Below, piece by piece: positions 63,484-64,000 of a DNA stretch of 64,000 nt. The stretch comes from PVC group bacterium (lineage in GTDB: Bacteria > Auribacterota > Erginobacteria > Erginobacterales > PUNC01). Where the stretch lies: positions 30,013 through 94,012 of the forward strand of contig PUNC01000133.1 in the NCBI GenBank assembly GCA_003551625.1. Direction: 5' to 3'. The notes beneath the pieces are model-generated. The model saw only the letters and a program-made list of their open reading frames with translations. It was not told where the DNA came from and searched no databases. A program made the position numbers and the translations under genes. Every line of letters begins with the position of its first letter. Position 1 is the first letter of the stretch.

Positions 63484-64000
63484 ATGGTTGAGGCTAAATT
63501 CTACCGTACTCTTCCCGGCGGGAAGGTGGAGTGCGGGCTCTGTTTCCGCAACTGCGTCATCCCCGAGGGTAAACGGGGTTTCTGCCGGGTCCGCGAAAAC
63601 CGCGGCGGCCGTCTCTTCAGCCTGGTCCACGGCCGCCCCGCCGGCCTGCAGATCGACCCGATCGAGATGGAACCGGCCTACCACCTCCTGCCCGGCCACG
63701 ACAACCTCTGCGTCTATACCGCTTCCTGCAACTTCCGCTGCCGCCACTGCCAGAACTGGCACCTCTCGCAGCGTGGTCCCGAGGAGGTCTCCTCCCGGTT
63801 CCTCTCCGCCGGGGAAGTGGTGGCGGAGGCCCGGCGCCGCGGCTGCCGCTCGATCTCCCACAGCATCAACGAACCCACCGTCTTCTTCGAATATATGCTG
63901 GAGATCGCCCGCCTGGCCCGGGAGGAGGGGCTGCTCAACCTGTTTCATACCAACGGGGCGATCAATCCCGAGCCGCTGCGTCTGCTCCTGCGATGGATGG
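63484..64000 (+). CDS. radical SAM enzyme, AmmeMemoRadiSam-system/PflA-like family (partial, runs off right edge)
   Basis: CNFRCRHCQN CxxxCxxC plus upstream Cys-rich motif KVECGLCFRNCVIPEGKRGFCRVREN. Start placed at ATG 63484 after a [19 protein letters not shown]; the upstream in-frame ATG would add an implausible lipoprotein-like leader. Confidence 0.7.
   Translation, partial: MVEAKFYRTLPGGKVECGLCFRNCVIPEGKRGFCRVRENRGGRLFSLVHGRPAGLQIDPIEMEPAYHLLPGHDNLCVYTASCNFRCRHCQNWHLSQRGPEEVSSRFLSAGEVVAEARRRGCRSISHSINEPTVFFEYMLEIARLAREEGLLNLFHTNGAINPEPLRLLLRWM

Overview
High-GC (roughly 65%) bacterial chromosomal segment that spans the replication origin. On the minus strand the order is gyrA<-gyrB<-DUF721<-dnaN<-dnaA; diverging from it on the plus strand are rpmH-rnpA-yidD-yidC-mnmE, then two parS sites and parA-parB. 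A perfect DnaA box overlaps the dnaA GTG start, and AT-rich DnaA-box clusters lie on both sides of dnaA, so this is the oriC neighbourhood. Downstream is a complete Chlamydia/spirochaete-type V-type ATPase operon (E, DUF2764 protein, A, B, D, I, K), followed by rsmI, an EEP-family gene, two outer-membrane beta-barrel genes (one interrupted by an in-frame TGA), an ablA / Na+:solute symporter / ablB operon (N-epsilon-acetyl-beta-lysine osmolyte pathway), rlmD, a C39-like peptidase-domain protein, a GAF/sigma-54 activator and a radical SAM gene at the window edge. The left half carries sugar-phosphate metabolism (pgi, PMM/PGM, mtnP), an exported PLD / nucleotidyltransferase / MBL operon, an HD hydrolase, an M23 peptidase, a ~19-repeat ankyrin lipoprotein, lgt, an Fe-ADH, a YyaL thioredoxin-domain protein, an envelope-remodelling cluster (GT9 heptosyltransferase, PAP2 phosphatase, ArnT-like GT), an AraC/GyrI regulator, a PCC/DUF296 protein and an NYN-LOTUS nuclease 4-bp-overlapped with an IS200-like REP-associated tyrosine transposase (RAYT). 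The RAYT is bounded by perfect inverted 28-bp REP-like repeats, and a third copy sits 29 kb away. Further right are a TMEM175-like K+ channel, UvdE, tRNA-Ser(UGA) with a duplicated 3' end (att-like scar), serS, and rtcB-archease. No CRISPR array or rRNA was seen. Many long ORFs in the supplied track are antisense or alternate-frame artefacts of the high GC content and are listed under rejected items.
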